Assembly: GCA_030830685.1 (NCBI GenBank) | Contig: JAURMM010000133.1 | Span: 1 to 47,246, forward strand | DNA: 47,246 nucleotides | Direction of reading: 5' to 3' | DNA from: Gammaproteobacteria bacterium | Lineage (GTDB): Bacteria; Pseudomonadota; Gammaproteobacteria; Ga0077536 | Shown here: piece by piece, positions 21,081 to 31,115 of the stretch | How positions within the stretch are numbered: the stretch's first letter is position 1 | Layout: every line of letters starts with the position of its first letter | The notes under the pieces: model-generated | The model's input: only the letters and a program-made list of their open reading frames with translations | Told to the model about the DNA's origin: nothing | Database searches by the model: none | Made by a program: the position numbers and the translations under genes

Positions 21081-21620
21081 ATGGGCAAACAGAAACAGAC
21101 CCTGCAGGATCTCCTCGACCGCGAAGCCATCCGTGATTTGCCGCTGCGCTACTGTGACTGCGTGTGGCGGGACAACATCCCCGCGCTGGTGAAGCTCTTC
21201 GCGCGGGACGGAGAGTTCGTGATCCGTATCGGCGATCAGGAAACTTCCGCCAAGGGACACGCCGCGCTGCTGGAGTTCTATGCACAGGGCCTTGGCATTG
21301 CGCCACGCCCTTTCATCCACAACCACGTGATCGACCATGCGGGGGGACGTGAGGCCACCGGTCGCTGTTATCTCGACCTGCGCAGTGGCAAGGAAAACAT
21401 GCGCTTCATGGGTGCCGGCCACTACGCCGACACATACGTCAAGGAAAAGGGGGAATGGAAATTCCTGCGCCGGCACTTCACGGCCTTGCGCATCGATGAG
21501 GACCCTACCGCCAAACCGGCCGCACCTGCACGCAAACCGCGGGCCGGCGTCAGCAAGCGTCCGCCCGCACGGCCAGCCTCGCGCAACGCAAGCAAGGTGC
21601 GCAAGAAAGTATCCTCGTGA
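21081..21620 (+). CDS. SnoaL/NTF2-like protein with basic C-terminal tail
   Basis: LLDREAIRDLPLRYCDCV, LFARDGEF, GHYADTYVKEKGEWKFLRR, then a 38-aa K/R/P/A-rich tail. Confidence 0.8.
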   Translation: MGKQKQTLQDLLDREAIRDLPLRYCDCVWRDNIPALVKLFARDGEFVIRIGDQETSAKGHAALLEFYAQGLGIAPRPFIHNHVIDHAGGREATGRCYLDLRSGKENMRFMGAGHYADTYVKEKGEWKFLRRHFTALRIDEDPTAKPAAPARKPRAGVSKRPPARPASRNASKVRKKVSS

Positions 21621-21673
21621 AGGATCGCTCCCTCAAGGACGCTGCTGGCTGAGGGATCTGCAATACTGCCCGG

Positions 21674-22888
21674 ATGACTTTCAGGAATCCGGGTCTCCAT
21701 CTTGGCGTAATCGCTCTCACGCTAGCGTTGGCCTATGGCATCTGGTACGCCTACAGCGTGTTCCTGGTGGCTTTGTTGCAGGATTTCGGCTGGAAACGCT
21801 CGGTTCTGGCGGGCGCTTTCTCCATCTTCGCGCTCGTACAAGGCGCGCTGAATCCGCTGCTAGGCGTGCTCTGTGATCGCCTCCGGCCTGCAAGCCTCGT
21901 CGGCCTGGGTGGTCTGTTGTTGAGCATCGCGCTCTATACCGATAGCTTCATCCGCGAACCCTGGCAGCTCTACCTCAGCTTCGGTCTGCTCACGGCTGCC
22001 GGTGTGGCGCTTTGCGGCTGGGTGCCCGCCGTGGTCATGGTGCAGCGTCGCTATGCGCATCGCCTGGGGCTTGCACTCGGCATCATCAGCGCGGGCGTTG
22101 GCGTCGGCATGGTGGTGGTCGTTCCGGTATGCCAGTGGCTCATCGATCTCCAGGGCTGGCGCCTCACGTTCCGCTGGCTGGGCACAGCGACTCTGCTCTG
22201 GGTCGTGCCCGCTGCCTTGTTTCTGTTCCGCACCGACGCGCCCCCACGCAGCCGGCGCCCTGGCAATGCGGCCGCGGACGCACGCGGACCCACCCTCTCC
22301 GAAGCTTTGCGTGCTCCGGCTTTCTGGCTGCTGTTGCTGGCTTTCTTCTGCGGCACCTACTGCTCACAGACCCTGCACGTGCACCAGGTGGCTTTCCTCG
22401 TAGATCACGGCATCTCGGCCATGCAGGCAGCGAGCGTGGTGGGCCTCGTGGGGTTCGCCAGCATTTTCGGCAAGATCGGGGGGGGCTGGCTGTCAGACAG
22501 ATTCAAGCGTGAGCGGGTGTATTGTGCGTTCGTGGCGGTGCTCGTGCTGAGCGTGGCTGCGCTCTATCTGGTGGGGATCACTTCTTCTGCGTGGGGCGTA
22601 CCCGCCTACGCGGTGATGCTGGGGCTCGGCTATTCAGCCACCGCCGCACTCATGCCGGCGATGATGAGCGATCGTTTTTCGGGGCCGCACTTCGGCACTC
22701 TGGTTGGCCTTGGTTTGCTCGCCAGCGCCACGGGCAGCGCGTCCGGCCCGTGGCTGGCGGGTTATCTGTTTGACCATCAAGGCACCTACACCGCGGCCCT
22801 GGCAGTTGCGATGGTCGTCGGCGGCATCGCCTGCGCCTGCGGCTGGCTGGTGGGACGGCCACAGGCCATCCCACGCGCAGTCAGCTGA
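21674..22888 (+). CDS. MFS transporter (OFA/MCT-like)
   Basis: About 12 hydrophobic segments; GVLCDRLRP and GGWLSDRFKR loop motifs. Confidence 0.88.
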   Translation: MTFRNPGLHLGVIALTLALAYGIWYAYSVFLVALLQDFGWKRSVLAGAFSIFALVQGALNPLLGVLCDRLRPASLVGLGGLLLSIALYTDSFIREPWQLYLSFGLLTAAGVALCGWVPAVVMVQRRYAHRLGLALGIISAGVGVGMVVVVPVCQWLIDLQGWRLTFRWLGTATLLWVVPAALFLFRTDAPPRSRRPGNAAADARGPTLSEALRAPAFWLLLLAFFCGTYCSQTLHVHQVAFLVDHGISAMQAASVVGLVGFASIFGKIGGGWLSDRFKRERVYCAFVAVLVLSVAALYLVGITSSAWGVPAYAVMLGLGYSATAALMPAMMSDRFSGPHFGTLVGLGLLASATGSASGPWLAGYLFDHQGTYTAALAVAMVVGGIACACGWLVGRPQAIPRAVS

Positions 22889-22927
22889 GCGGAGAGACTG
22901 TTCCCCTCTCCTGCGACCCGTCCCCCC

Positions 22928-23383
22928 TCAGATCTTGTCCAGTGCGATGACCGGAATCTCGCGATCGGTCTTGGCCTGGTAGTCGACGAAGGGAGGGTAC
23001 ATTTTGGCCATCTGGTCCCACAGCCGTGTGCGTTCCTCGCCGCTGGTCAGGCGCGCGCGGCAATCGTGATGCTCCGCGGCCACCTGGACATGCACCTGCG
23101 GGTCCGCCTGCAGGTTGAGGTACCAGCCGGGATGCTTGGGCGCGCCCCCTTTGGAGCCGATGATGACAAAACCCTTGTCCGTGGGACCGTAGAGAAGGGG
23201 CAGCGTCTGCGGCTCACCACTCTTGCGTCCCTTGGTGGTCAGCAACAGGGTGGGCAGCAGGCCCGGACCGCCAACCGGCGTCGAGTCCCACAGGTGGCCG
23301 TCGGCGCCATTGGTCTCCAGATAGCGACGCATGTGGTCTGCCATCCATTTGGGCATGCTTTCGGGGATTTTCACGTTGCTCAT
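22928..23383 (-). CDS. Deazaflavin (F420)-dependent nitroreductase/quinone reductase family (Ddn-like)
   Basis: LLLTTKGRKSGEPQTLPL, IGSKGGAPKHPGWYLNLQADP, YQAKTDREIPV; start re-picked at 23383. Confidence 0.88.
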   Translation of the reverse strand: MSNVKIPESMPKWMADHMRRYLETNGADGHLWDSTPVGGPGLLPTLLLTTKGRKSGEPQTLPLLYGPTDKGFVIIGSKGGAPKHPGWYLNLQADPQVHVQVAAEHHDCRARLTSGEERTRLWDQMAKMYPPFVDYQAKTDREIPVIALDKI

Positions 23384-23432
23384 GGGGTGCTGCTCCGGTA
23401 GGTGAGGCCGCATTCTGCCCGCAATCGGCGCG

Positions 23433-24152
23433 CTATTCACGCCCTCTGGTGAGCTGCTGGCGCAAATCCTCCAGCGCCACGTGACGCACGTCCTTGCCTT
23501 CCACCAGAAAGATCGCGCTTTCGCAGATGTTGTCGGCATGGTCTCCGATACGCTCGAAAGCACGTGCGGCGAGGACGGCATCCAGCACACCGCGGATGCT
23601 GCGCGGATCCTCCATCATGTAGGTGATGAGCTGGCGCATGATCGCCTCCAGCTCCTTGTCCACCTCGGGGTCTTCCTGGGCAACTTCCAGCGCCGCGTGG
23701 GAATCCATGCGTGCGAAGGCATCCAGGGCAGCACGCAGCATGCGCCGCACGTGGTGGCCCATGGCCAGGATGCCGACGTAGTAGCTGTCCTGTCCGCCGC
23801 TGCTCGCGATGCGCGCAACGATACGGGCCACTTTCTTGACCTCGTCGCCTACGCGCTCAAGGTCGGTGATGATTTTGCTGACCGCGAGCACCAGACGCAG
23901 ATCGCCCGCTGCGGGCTGGCGCCGCAGCAGGATGGCGGTGCACTCGCCATCGATGTCCACCTCCATCTCGTTCACCTTGTAATCGCTGGAGGCGATCCGC
24001 TCGGCAAGCTCCATGTCGGTTCGGGCCAGTGCTTCCAGCACCTGACTCAGGGAGTCTTCCACCAGCCCCCCCATGGTCATGACCTTGGATCGGATGTCCT
24101 CCAGTTCCTTGTCGAACTGCTGGGAAATGTGATGCGTACGGGACATGACCAT
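23433..24152 (-). CDS. phoU: Phosphate signalling protein PhoU
   Basis: HISQQFDKELE, RQPAAGDLRLV, DLERVGD, FERIGDHADNICE; alternative start at 24146. Confidence 0.96.
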   Translation of the reverse strand: MVMSRTHHISQQFDKELEDIRSKVMTMGGLVEDSLSQVLEALARTDMELAERIASSDYKVNEMEVDIDGECTAILLRRQPAAGDLRLVLAVSKIITDLERVGDEVKKVARIVARIASSGGQDSYYVGILAMGHHVRRMLRAALDAFARMDSHAALEVAQEDPEVDKELEAIMRQLITYMMEDPRSIRGVLDAVLAARAFERIGDHADNICESAIFLVEGKDVRHVALEDLRQQLTRGRE

Positions 24153-24169
24153 GGCGGTGAACCTCCTGC

Positions 24170-25045
24170 TCAGCCGTATCGGCCGGTGATGTAATCCTCG
24201 GTCTGCTTCTGGCGGGGAGTGGTGAAGAGTTTCTTCGTCTCCCCGAATTCGATCAGATCGCCCATGTACATGAAAGCGGTGTAGTCGGAAACCCGCGCCG
24301 CCTGTTGCATGTTGTGGGTCACGATGACGATGGTGTAGTTCTGCTTAAGCTCATAGACCAGCTCCTCAATCTTGAGGGTCGAGATGGGATCGAGCGCGGA
24401 CGCCGGTTCATCCAGCAACAGCACCTCGGGTTCGATGGCAATCGCGCGGGCAATCACCAGACGTTGCTGCTGCCCACCCGACAGGCCCAATGCACTGTCG
24501 TGCACGCGATCCCGGACCTCATCCCACAGCGCCGCAGCCTTGAGCGAATTCTCTACCGCCTTGTCGAGCACCCGGCGACTGTTCACGCCCTGGATGCGCA
24601 GCCCGTAGGCAACGTTCTCGTAAATGGACTTGGGAAACGGGTTGGGCTTCTGGAACACCATGCCCACCCGGCGTCGCAGATTGGCCACGTTCACCCTGGG
24701 ATCGAAAATGTCATCTCCATGGAGCTTGATGCTGCCTTCGATGCGCACATCGGAAATCAGCTCGTTCATCCGGTTGAAGCAGCGCAGCAGGGTGGATTTT
24801 CCGCAGCCACTCGGCCCGATGAACGCCGTGACGCGCTTCTCCGGGATGGCCATGCTCACACTGTTGAGCGCCCGCTTGTCACCGTAGTAAAGCGACAGCC
24901 CCTCTACCCGCAGGCACTCCCTGTCCGGCTGCTTGGCGTGCTCCTCGCGATGCGCATTGGCGGACCGGAAATCCACGCCATGGGTGAGGGTGGCCGGATG
25001 GCTGGCATCATGCTGAGGGCTCACGTTGTCAGTTGTCTGCGGCAT
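24170..25045 (-). CDS. pstB: Phosphate ABC transporter ATP-binding protein
   Basis: [59 protein letters not shown]. Confidence 0.97.
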   Translation of the reverse strand: MPQTTDNVSPQHDASHPATLTHGVDFRSANAHREEHAKQPDRECLRVEGLSLYYGDKRALNSVSMAIPEKRVTAFIGPSGCGKSTLLRCFNRMNELISDVRIEGSIKLHGDDIFDPRVNVANLRRRVGMVFQKPNPFPKSIYENVAYGLRIQGVNSRRVLDKAVENSLKAAALWDEVRDRVHDSALGLSGGQQQRLVIARAIAIEPEVLLLDEPASALDPISTLKIEELVYELKQNYTIVIVTHNMQQAARVSDYTAFMYMGDLIEFGETKKLFTTPRQKQTEDYITGRYG

Positions 25046-26684
25046 GGTATTTCTCGCGCAGGCGATTACGGATCTGAATCGCCGCCAGGTTGAGGGAGAC
25101 GATGATGAGTACCAGGAGCAGTGCGGTCGCGAAGACCAGCGGGCGTGCCGCCTCCACGTTCGGGCTCTGGAAGCCTACATCATAGATATGGAATCCGAGG
25201 TGCATGAACTTGCGGTCCAGGTGCAGGAACGGGAACTCCCCGTCCAGCGGCAAGGTCGGCGCGAGTTTTACGACACCCACCATCATGAGCGGCGCCACTT
25301 CACCCGCCGCGCGAGCGACCGCGAGGATGAGGCCGGTCATCATGGCAGGAGTCGCCATGGGCAGCACGGTGCGCCAGAGGGTCTCCGCCTTCGTGGCGCC
25401 GAGGGCAAGACTGCCTTCGCGGATGGCCCGCGGGATGCGGGTGAGCCCCTCTTCCGTCGCCACGATCACGACCGGCACAGTCAGCAGGGCGAGGGTGAGC
25501 GCAGACCACAGCAGGCCGGGCGTGCCAAAGGTGGGCGCGGGAAGTTTTTCTGCAAAGAACAGGCGATCGATGTTGCCGCCCAGGAAGTATACGAAGAAAC
25601 CAAAGCCGAACACGCCATAGACGATGGAAGGGACGCCGGCCAGGTTGTTCACCGCGATACGGATGGCACTGGTGACCGGTCCGGGTTTGGCGTATTCGCG
25701 GAGATAGATCGCGGCCACCACTCCAAAGGGCGTGGCGATGAGGGACATCACCATCACCATGAGTACCGTGCCAAAAATGGCCGGGAAGACGCCGCCTTCG
25801 GTATTGGCTTCGCGCGGCTCATCGCCCACGAATTCTCCCACCTTCATCAGGTAGTGCCAGGCCTTCTCGCCCCAATGCATGTTATTGGGCTGGAAAATCC
25901 TCACCACCTTGCCGAACGGCACCACGCGCTCCTCGCCTGTCGAAGTGCGGAGCAGCAGGCTGTCGCGGTCAAAGCTCGCGTGCAGCTCGGCGATACGGGC
26001 GCTCAGTGCCTTGAAGCGGGCATCCAGCGCCTCGCGTTGTGGCAACAGCGCGCGGGCCCCGGCCTCATCACCCTGCGCACGCAGGCTGCGCTCGCGCAGC
26101 CGCAGGTCTTCGAGTCCGGCATTGATTTGCCCCATTTCCACCCGCTCAAGCTTGCGCAACTCACCGCGCATGTCCTCCACGCGCGCGAGCCTGGGCGGAA
26201 TTTCCTGCCAGGGATCCGTCGCCTGGAGGATGTCTTCCCCTTCCCGCACGGCGACGAGGTAGCCGTAGAAATTCCCCCACTCAGTGCGTTCCGCCACGAG
26301 CACGCCCGAGGGATAGTCGATGTTGCGGATTTCAGTCTCGGGGATCCACCGGAAGTCGGTGCCCCCGATGTCACGGTTGCCGACTTTCACCAGCACGCGA
26401 CGCACCACCACCATGCCCTCGGGAACGGTCCCCCCGGCTTCCCGCACACGGGTCGCTGACACGGTTTCTTCATCCACGATTTCACCCAGCAGGATCTCGG
26501 GTTCAGCTTCGCCCGCCTGCACCGTCAGCGCTGCCACCTGCTTGGGCCAGAAGTGCTCGAGCCCGTTCGCCGCAATCAGGACCAACAGTCCGAACACCAT
26601 CACGAGACTCAGGCTGACCGCACCTGCCGTGAGCCAGATCCAAGGGTTGCCACTCGCCACCCACTGCTGGAGATTCTGTTTCAT
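25029..26684 (-). CDS. pstA: Phosphate ABC transporter permease PstA (long form)
   Basis: [42 protein letters not shown]; large periplasmic insertion. Confidence 0.95.
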   Translation of the reverse strand: MKQNLQQWVASGNPWIWLTAGAVSLSLVMVFGLLVLIAANGLEHFWPKQVAALTVQAGEAEPEILLGEIVDEETVSATRVREAGGTVPEGMVVVRRVLVKVGNRDIGGTDFRWIPETEIRNIDYPSGVLVAERTEWGNFYGYLVAVREGEDILQATDPWQEIPPRLARVEDMRGELRKLERVEMGQINAGLEDLRLRERSLRAQGDEAGARALLPQREALDARFKALSARIAELHASFDRDSLLLRTSTGEERVVPFGKVVRIFQPNNMHWGEKAWHYLMKVGEFVGDEPREANTEGGVFPAIFGTVLMVMVMSLIATPFGVVAAIYLREYAKPGPVTSAIRIAVNNLAGVPSIVYGVFGFGFFVYFLGGNIDRLFFAEKLPAPTFGTPGLLWSALTLALLTVPVVIVATEEGLTRIPRAIREGSLALGATKAETLWRTVLPMATPAMMTGLILAVARAAGEVAPLMMVGVVKLAPTLPLDGEFPFLHLDRKFMHLGFHIYDVGFQSPNVEAARPLVFATALLLVLIIVSLNLAAIQIRNRLREKYHAADN

Positions 26685-28939
26685 CAGAGGTTCCCGTACT
26701 TGGCGCGCAGGCGGCTGCGCACGATTTCGGCAATCGTGTTGAACAGGAAAGTGACGCCGAACAGAACGAGCGCCGCGAGAAAAAGAATGCGGTAATGCGA
26801 GCTGTTCACTTCCGATTCCGGCATTTCGACCGCGATATTCGCAGACAGCGCCCGGAAGCCCTGGAAGATGTTCAGGTCCATGATGGGCGTGTTGCCGGTG
26901 GACATGAGCACGATCATCGTCTCACCGACTGCGCGGCCGAGCCCGATCATGATGGCGGAAAAGATGCCGGGGCTTGCGGTGAGTAGCACCACCCGGGTAA
27001 CGGTCTGCCAGGGGGTGGCGCCGAGTGCCAGCGAACCGGTCGTCAACTGGCGGGGCACGCCAAACACCGCGTCCTCACTGATCGAGAAAATATTGGGGAT
27101 TACTGCAAAGCCCATGGCGATGCCCACGACTAGCGAGTTGCGCTGGTCATAGGTGATACCCCACTCCTGGGCGAGCCAGCGTGGCAGGTTGCCGCCGAAG
27201 AAGAGCTGTTCAGCGGGCTGGCTCAAGCCCATCGTGGCCCACAGCACGAGGCAGACCACCGGCACGATGATCATGGCCTCCCAACCATCCGGCACGCGAT
27301 GGCGTGTGGTCTCCGGCAGGTGCGACCACACGTAGGCCGCCAGCAGGATGGCAAGGGGCATGAGAGCCGTGGCGAGAAGCACGCCGATGAGATGACTCTC
27401 GATCAGGGGCGCCAGCCACAGCCCGGCGAGAAAGCCGAGAATCACCGTGGGCAGGGCAGCCATGATCTCGATGGAGGGTTTGACCAGCACGCGCAGGCGC
27501 GGCTGCATGAAGTAGGCCGTGTAAACCGCGCCGAAGATGGCCACCGGAATGGCAAACAGCATGGCATACACGGCAGCCTTGAGGGTACCGAAGGTCAGTG
27601 GCGTCAAGCTGAACTTCGGCTCGAAATCACTGGAGGCAGAGGATGACTGCCAGATGTATTCAGGCCCCGCGCGCCCCTCGTACCACACTTTGCCCCAGAG
27701 CGATTTCAGTGACACTTCCGGATGCTTGTTGTAGACCTCGAAAGTCTCCACCTCACCATCCGCGCCCATGAGAATCAGGGAGTCGGCATGGGGCGCGATG
27801 GCGCCCACCAGCGGCTGGTGGGCGAGAAGCCCTTCTTCCAGCAGCAAGGTGCGTTCCGCGGTTGCGTGGAAAACACCGAGGCCACCCTGGGTGTCCACCG
27901 CCAGAAAGCCCTTGCGGAAATGTTCGGGGATGATGAGCGCAACAGGCGCGGCCAAGCCTTCGAAACGACGGATCCGCGTCATGCGGTAGTTGTTCTCTTC
28001 ATCCCTGACCGGAAACCACTGCGAGACCTGCCCACTGCTGTCGCCGATGAGCAAGGAGACACCACCCGCCAGGAACTCCACGGCCGTGACCTCCTCCCCG
28101 GGCTGCAACACCTGCAGTTCCTGCAGGAGGCGCGGCGCGGTCTTGTCGCGGATGTCGAAAAAATGCATCTGGCCAGTGCGTGAGACCGCGTAGAGTTCCT
28201 GCTGGTCGGAATCGATGGCCAGATAGGCCACGGTCACAGGGAGCCTGCCCACCTCCACCTGGGTCGATTCGAGGGCGCCGTCCAGCTGGAGCAAGGACAC
28301 TGCGCGGGTATAACTCGTGAGGTAGAGGGTTCCATCCTCAGCAAGCGCGGCAATCGTCGCGCCATCGTCGCCCGCCTCGGCCGCGATATGGGTGACCCGA
28401 CGTCCCTCGGGCACCACCGCGACAGGGACCTCGCCCAAGGGCCATGCGAGGGAAGGTGAGGACACCCGACGTTGATCCTCGAAGGTTTCCACATAGGTGG
28501 GGCGTGCGATGACGGCCGTGCCGTCATCGAGCGCGAGCGCCAAGGTGCGTGCGCTGCGCGTGCTGTCATTCGCCGCCTGAAGCTGGCGCCCCGGCGGCAG
28601 CAGGGAGCCGCGAATCAGGACGCGCCCATCCTCCAGGCCATGAAATGCGTAGGAGCCGTCCGCGCCAAGCGCAAAGGCAATGTCGGCGTATTCGTTGAGG
28701 GAGAGCCTGGTGGTCGGTGAAGCCTGCTCGAAGCGTAACGCGGCCGTGTAAGTGACCTCGGCGGAGCGGAAAAGGGGAATCACCACCGCCAGCAGGTACA
28801 CGAAGATGGCCAGGATTGCGCCAATCACGGCGACGCCGCCAACGCCCATCACGAGGCCGAAGAGGCGGTCCTTCAGCATGCGGAACTTGCGCAGTCGCGC
28901 TTCAGATTGGGCGAGATCCGAAAGGGTCGGCTCAGTCAC
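26684..28939 (-). CDS. pstC: Phosphate ABC transporter permease PstC (long form with predicted beta-propeller-like insertion)
   Basis: [58 protein letters not shown]; beta-rich soluble region of about 340 aa after TM1; GTG start. Confidence 0.93.
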   Translation of the reverse strand: MTEPTLSDLAQSEARLRKFRMLKDRLFGLVMGVGGVAVIGAILAIFVYLLAVVIPLFRSAEVTYTAALRFEQASPTTRLSLNEYADIAFALGADGSYAFHGLEDGRVLIRGSLLPPGRQLQAANDSTRSARTLALALDDGTAVIARPTYVETFEDQRRVSSPSLAWPLGEVPVAVVPEGRRVTHIAAEAGDDGATIAALAEDGTLYLTSYTRAVSLLQLDGALESTQVEVGRLPVTVAYLAIDSDQQELYAVSRTGQMHFFDIRDKTAPRLLQELQVLQPGEEVTAVEFLAGGVSLLIGDSSGQVSQWFPVRDEENNYRMTRIRRFEGLAAPVALIIPEHFRKGFLAVDTQGGLGVFHATAERTLLLEEGLLAHQPLVGAIAPHADSLILMGADGEVETFEVYNKHPEVSLKSLWGKVWYEGRAGPEYIWQSSSASSDFEPKFSLTPLTFGTLKAAVYAMLFAIPVAIFGAVYTAYFMQPRLRVLVKPSIEIMAALPTVILGFLAGLWLAPLIESHLIGVLLATALMPLAILLAAYVWSHLPETTRHRVPDGWEAMIIVPVVCLVLWATMGLSQPAEQLFFGGNLPRWLAQEWGITYDQRNSLVVGIAMGFAVIPNIFSISEDAVFGVPRQLTTGSLALGATPWQTVTRVVLLTASPGIFSAIMIGLGRAVGETMIVLMSTGNTPIMDLNIFQGFRALSANIAVEMPESEVNSSHYRILFLAALVLFGVTFLFNTIAEIVRSRLRAKYGNL

Positions 28940-28968
28940 GGGCTATCCGTCTTGATTTGAACAGGTGA

Positions 28969-28992
28969 AGAACCGGGACCGCTCCCGGTTCT
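28969..28992. other. Perfect stem-loop in the pstS-pstC intergenic region
   Basis: AGAACCGGGA-CCGC-TCCCGGTTCT, 10-bp stem with no strong U-tract on the minus strand. Confidence 0.6.
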
Positions 28993-29014
28993 GCAGGTCA
29001 GAGGCAGAGGCTCG

Positions 29015-29048
29015 AGTGTGCGCGCGCATTATGACGAAGCGACGACTG
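29015..29048 (-). promoter_or_regulatory. Candidate internal Pho box plus -10 upstream of pstC
   Basis: Minus strand CAGTCGT-CGCT-TCGTCAT (each half 5/7 to CTGTCAT), 10-nt spacer, then CACACT; same geometry as the pstS promoter. Confidence 0.45.
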
Positions 29049-29079
29049 AAACACAGCCGCCGCTTCGGGGGGAGGGGTC

Positions 29080-30063
29080 TCAGTCGGCGAGTTCGGAGGC
29101 CAGGAACTTCTTGGCCACGCTGGCCGGGAGAGGAATGTAACCGTCCTTGACCACGGTGAGCTGCCCCACCTTGGAGAGCACCATCTTGAGGAACTCCCGC
29201 TCCAGGGGCGGCAGGGCCTTGCCGGGCTCCTTGTTTACGTACACGTACAGGAAGCGCGCCAGCGGGTACTTCCCGGACAGCGCGTTGGCCGGCGTGGCAT
29301 CAACCAGTTCGCCACCGGGCTTGCGTGAGAGGGGGATTATGCGCACACCGGAGGTCTTGTAGCCCTCGCCCGAGTAACCAATGCCGTTCACGGACTTGGT
29401 GATGCCCTGGACCACGGAAGCGGAGCCGGGTTGTTCGTTCACGTTGTTCTTGAAGTCGCCCTTGCAGAGAGCCACTTCCTTGAAGAAACCATAGGTTCCC
29501 GAGACCGAATTGCGACCGAAGAGCTGGATATTCTGGCCGGCCAGTTCACCCGTGAGGCCAAGGTCACCCCAGGTTTTGGGGTCCTTGCCGTGCCCGCAGA
29601 GGCGGGTCGCCGAAAAAATGGCGTCCACCTCGGGAATCGACAGACCCTGGATGGGGTTGTCCTTGTGCACGAACACGGCCAACGCGTCGACCGCCACGGG
29701 GATGGCGGTGGGCTTGTAGCCATGCTTGGCCTCGAAGGCGCCGATTTCCTCACCCTTCATGGTGCGACTCATGGGACCGAGGTTGGCGGTGCCCTCGGAC
29801 AGTGCCGGGGGTGCGGTGCTCGACCCGGCAGCCTGGATCTGCACATTCACATTGGGGTAGAGCTTCTTGAAGTCCTCGGCCCATAGGGTCATGAGATTGG
29901 CGAGGGTATCGGAGCCGATGCTGGACAGGTTGCCGGTCACGCCGCTGACCTTGTTGTAACCGACCAGGCCGGGGTCGAGCGCGTCTTCGGGGCCGGCCGC
30001 CAGGCTCGCGGGGGCCAGCAGGGCCGCCGTGAGCAGCAGCACTGCGCGATTGGGTTTCAGCAC
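29080..30063 (-). CDS. pstS: Phosphate ABC transporter substrate-binding protein
   Basis: Signal peptide; [55 protein letters not shown]. Confidence 0.95.
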   Translation of the reverse strand: MLKPNRAVLLLTAALLAPASLAAGPEDALDPGLVGYNKVSGVTGNLSSIGSDTLANLMTLWAEDFKKLYPNVNVQIQAAGSSTAPPALSEGTANLGPMSRTMKGEEIGAFEAKHGYKPTAIPVAVDALAVFVHKDNPIQGLSIPEVDAIFSATRLCGHGKDPKTWGDLGLTGELAGQNIQLFGRNSVSGTYGFFKEVALCKGDFKNNVNEQPGSASVVQGITKSVNGIGYSGEGYKTSGVRIIPLSRKPGGELVDATPANALSGKYPLARFLYVYVNKEPGKALPPLEREFLKMVLSKVGQLTVVKDGYIPLPASVAKKFLASELAD

Positions 30064-30115
30064 GCCATTTCTCCTTGGATTTTGCGGGGGTTGTCTGGGG
30101 CCCGAGGCCGCGGCG

Positions 30116-30149
30116 AGTGTTGGACTGAAATATTACAGATTCGTGACAG
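30116..30149 (-). promoter_or_regulatory. Pho box plus -10 of the pstS promoter
   Basis: Minus strand CTGTCAC-GAAT-CTGTAAT (30149-30132), 10-nt spacer ATTTCAGTCC, then AACACT. Confidence 0.85.
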
Positions 30150-30151
30150 CC

Positions 30152-30994
30152 CTAGCGCAGCGCCGCCAGGTAGGCAATCCAGCCTGCATCGGCATCCGCC
30201 GACTCCACGGGCTGGTAATCGCCATCACCTTCATCGGCCTCGTCATCCCACCCCTGCCAGTACACGACGGTCCGCGTGAAGCCGGCCTCCGCCAGTACCT
30301 CCCGTATTTCCGGCAGCGTCCAGAGCCGCCAGTCATAGGTGAATGCCCTGCGCAGCAGGGAGCGGTCCGGGAACTCATAATGAATGTGACAGCGCAGATC
30401 TCCCGTCACAGGGTTGTAGCTGGCCTGGTCCCAGACATAGGTGAAACCCTTCAGTTCGCGCCGCTCCTTCAGCACCCGGAAGGCGTCATAGCCACCGAAA
30501 CAATCGAGCAGAAAGAGACCATCCTCACCCAGGGCCGCACGCGTGGAGCGGAAATAGTCGCGCAGGGCGTCCCGCGTCTTAAAGATCCAGTAACTGAAAT
30601 TCATGGCAAGGATCACATCCTGCGCAGGGGTTACAGCCTTCAGTACATTCTCATTCAACAAGGTGACCCGGCTCCGTTCGCCCTTGGGCAGGGTATTCAC
30701 ATGATGGCTGCGCCCCCAGGCGAGCACCTCCGGATCGAGATCGACCCCCACAGCGCGATTCTGACGATGCCGGCTGACCCAAGCCGTCGCCACGCTTGCG
30801 GTCCCGCAGAAATCCTCGCGCAGATAGCGTGCATTGCGCCCACGCAATTGATGGAATTCACGCTCCACGAAATCGAGCTCGGCATCGGCATCCTGCACCG
30901 AATTCTCGTACAGGCGGTGGCGGTCAGCCTTGGAGGCAAGGGTCTGCCCAGAGACCTTGCGGGTCGTGGTGCGGGGAGTGCGTGCGGCACACAT
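30152..30994 (-). CDS. Class I SAM-dependent methyltransferase of unknown substrate
   Basis: LYENSVQ, LREDFCGTA (motif I variant), GVDLDPEVLAWG, MNFSYW, AFTYDWRLWTLPEIRE. Confidence 0.8.
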   Translation of the reverse strand: MCAARTPRTTTRKVSGQTLASKADRHRLYENSVQDADAELDFVEREFHQLRGRNARYLREDFCGTASVATAWVSRHRQNRAVGVDLDPEVLAWGRSHHVNTLPKGERSRVTLLNENVLKAVTPAQDVILAMNFSYWIFKTRDALRDYFRSTRAALGEDGLFLLDCFGGYDAFRVLKERRELKGFTYVWDQASYNPVTGDLRCHIHYEFPDRSLLRRAFTYDWRLWTLPEIREVLAEAGFTRTVVYWQGWDDEADEGDGDYQPVESADADAGWIAYLAALR

Positions 30995-31115
30995 GGAATT
31001 TGATTGACCTCGCTATACTCGGGAGAAACCGGGGCTGGATATTATCAGGCAGGGCTTGTGCCATCCCATGGCGAGCGCACTGCCCCGCGAATGAATCTTG
31101 AGGGAGACTGTACCC

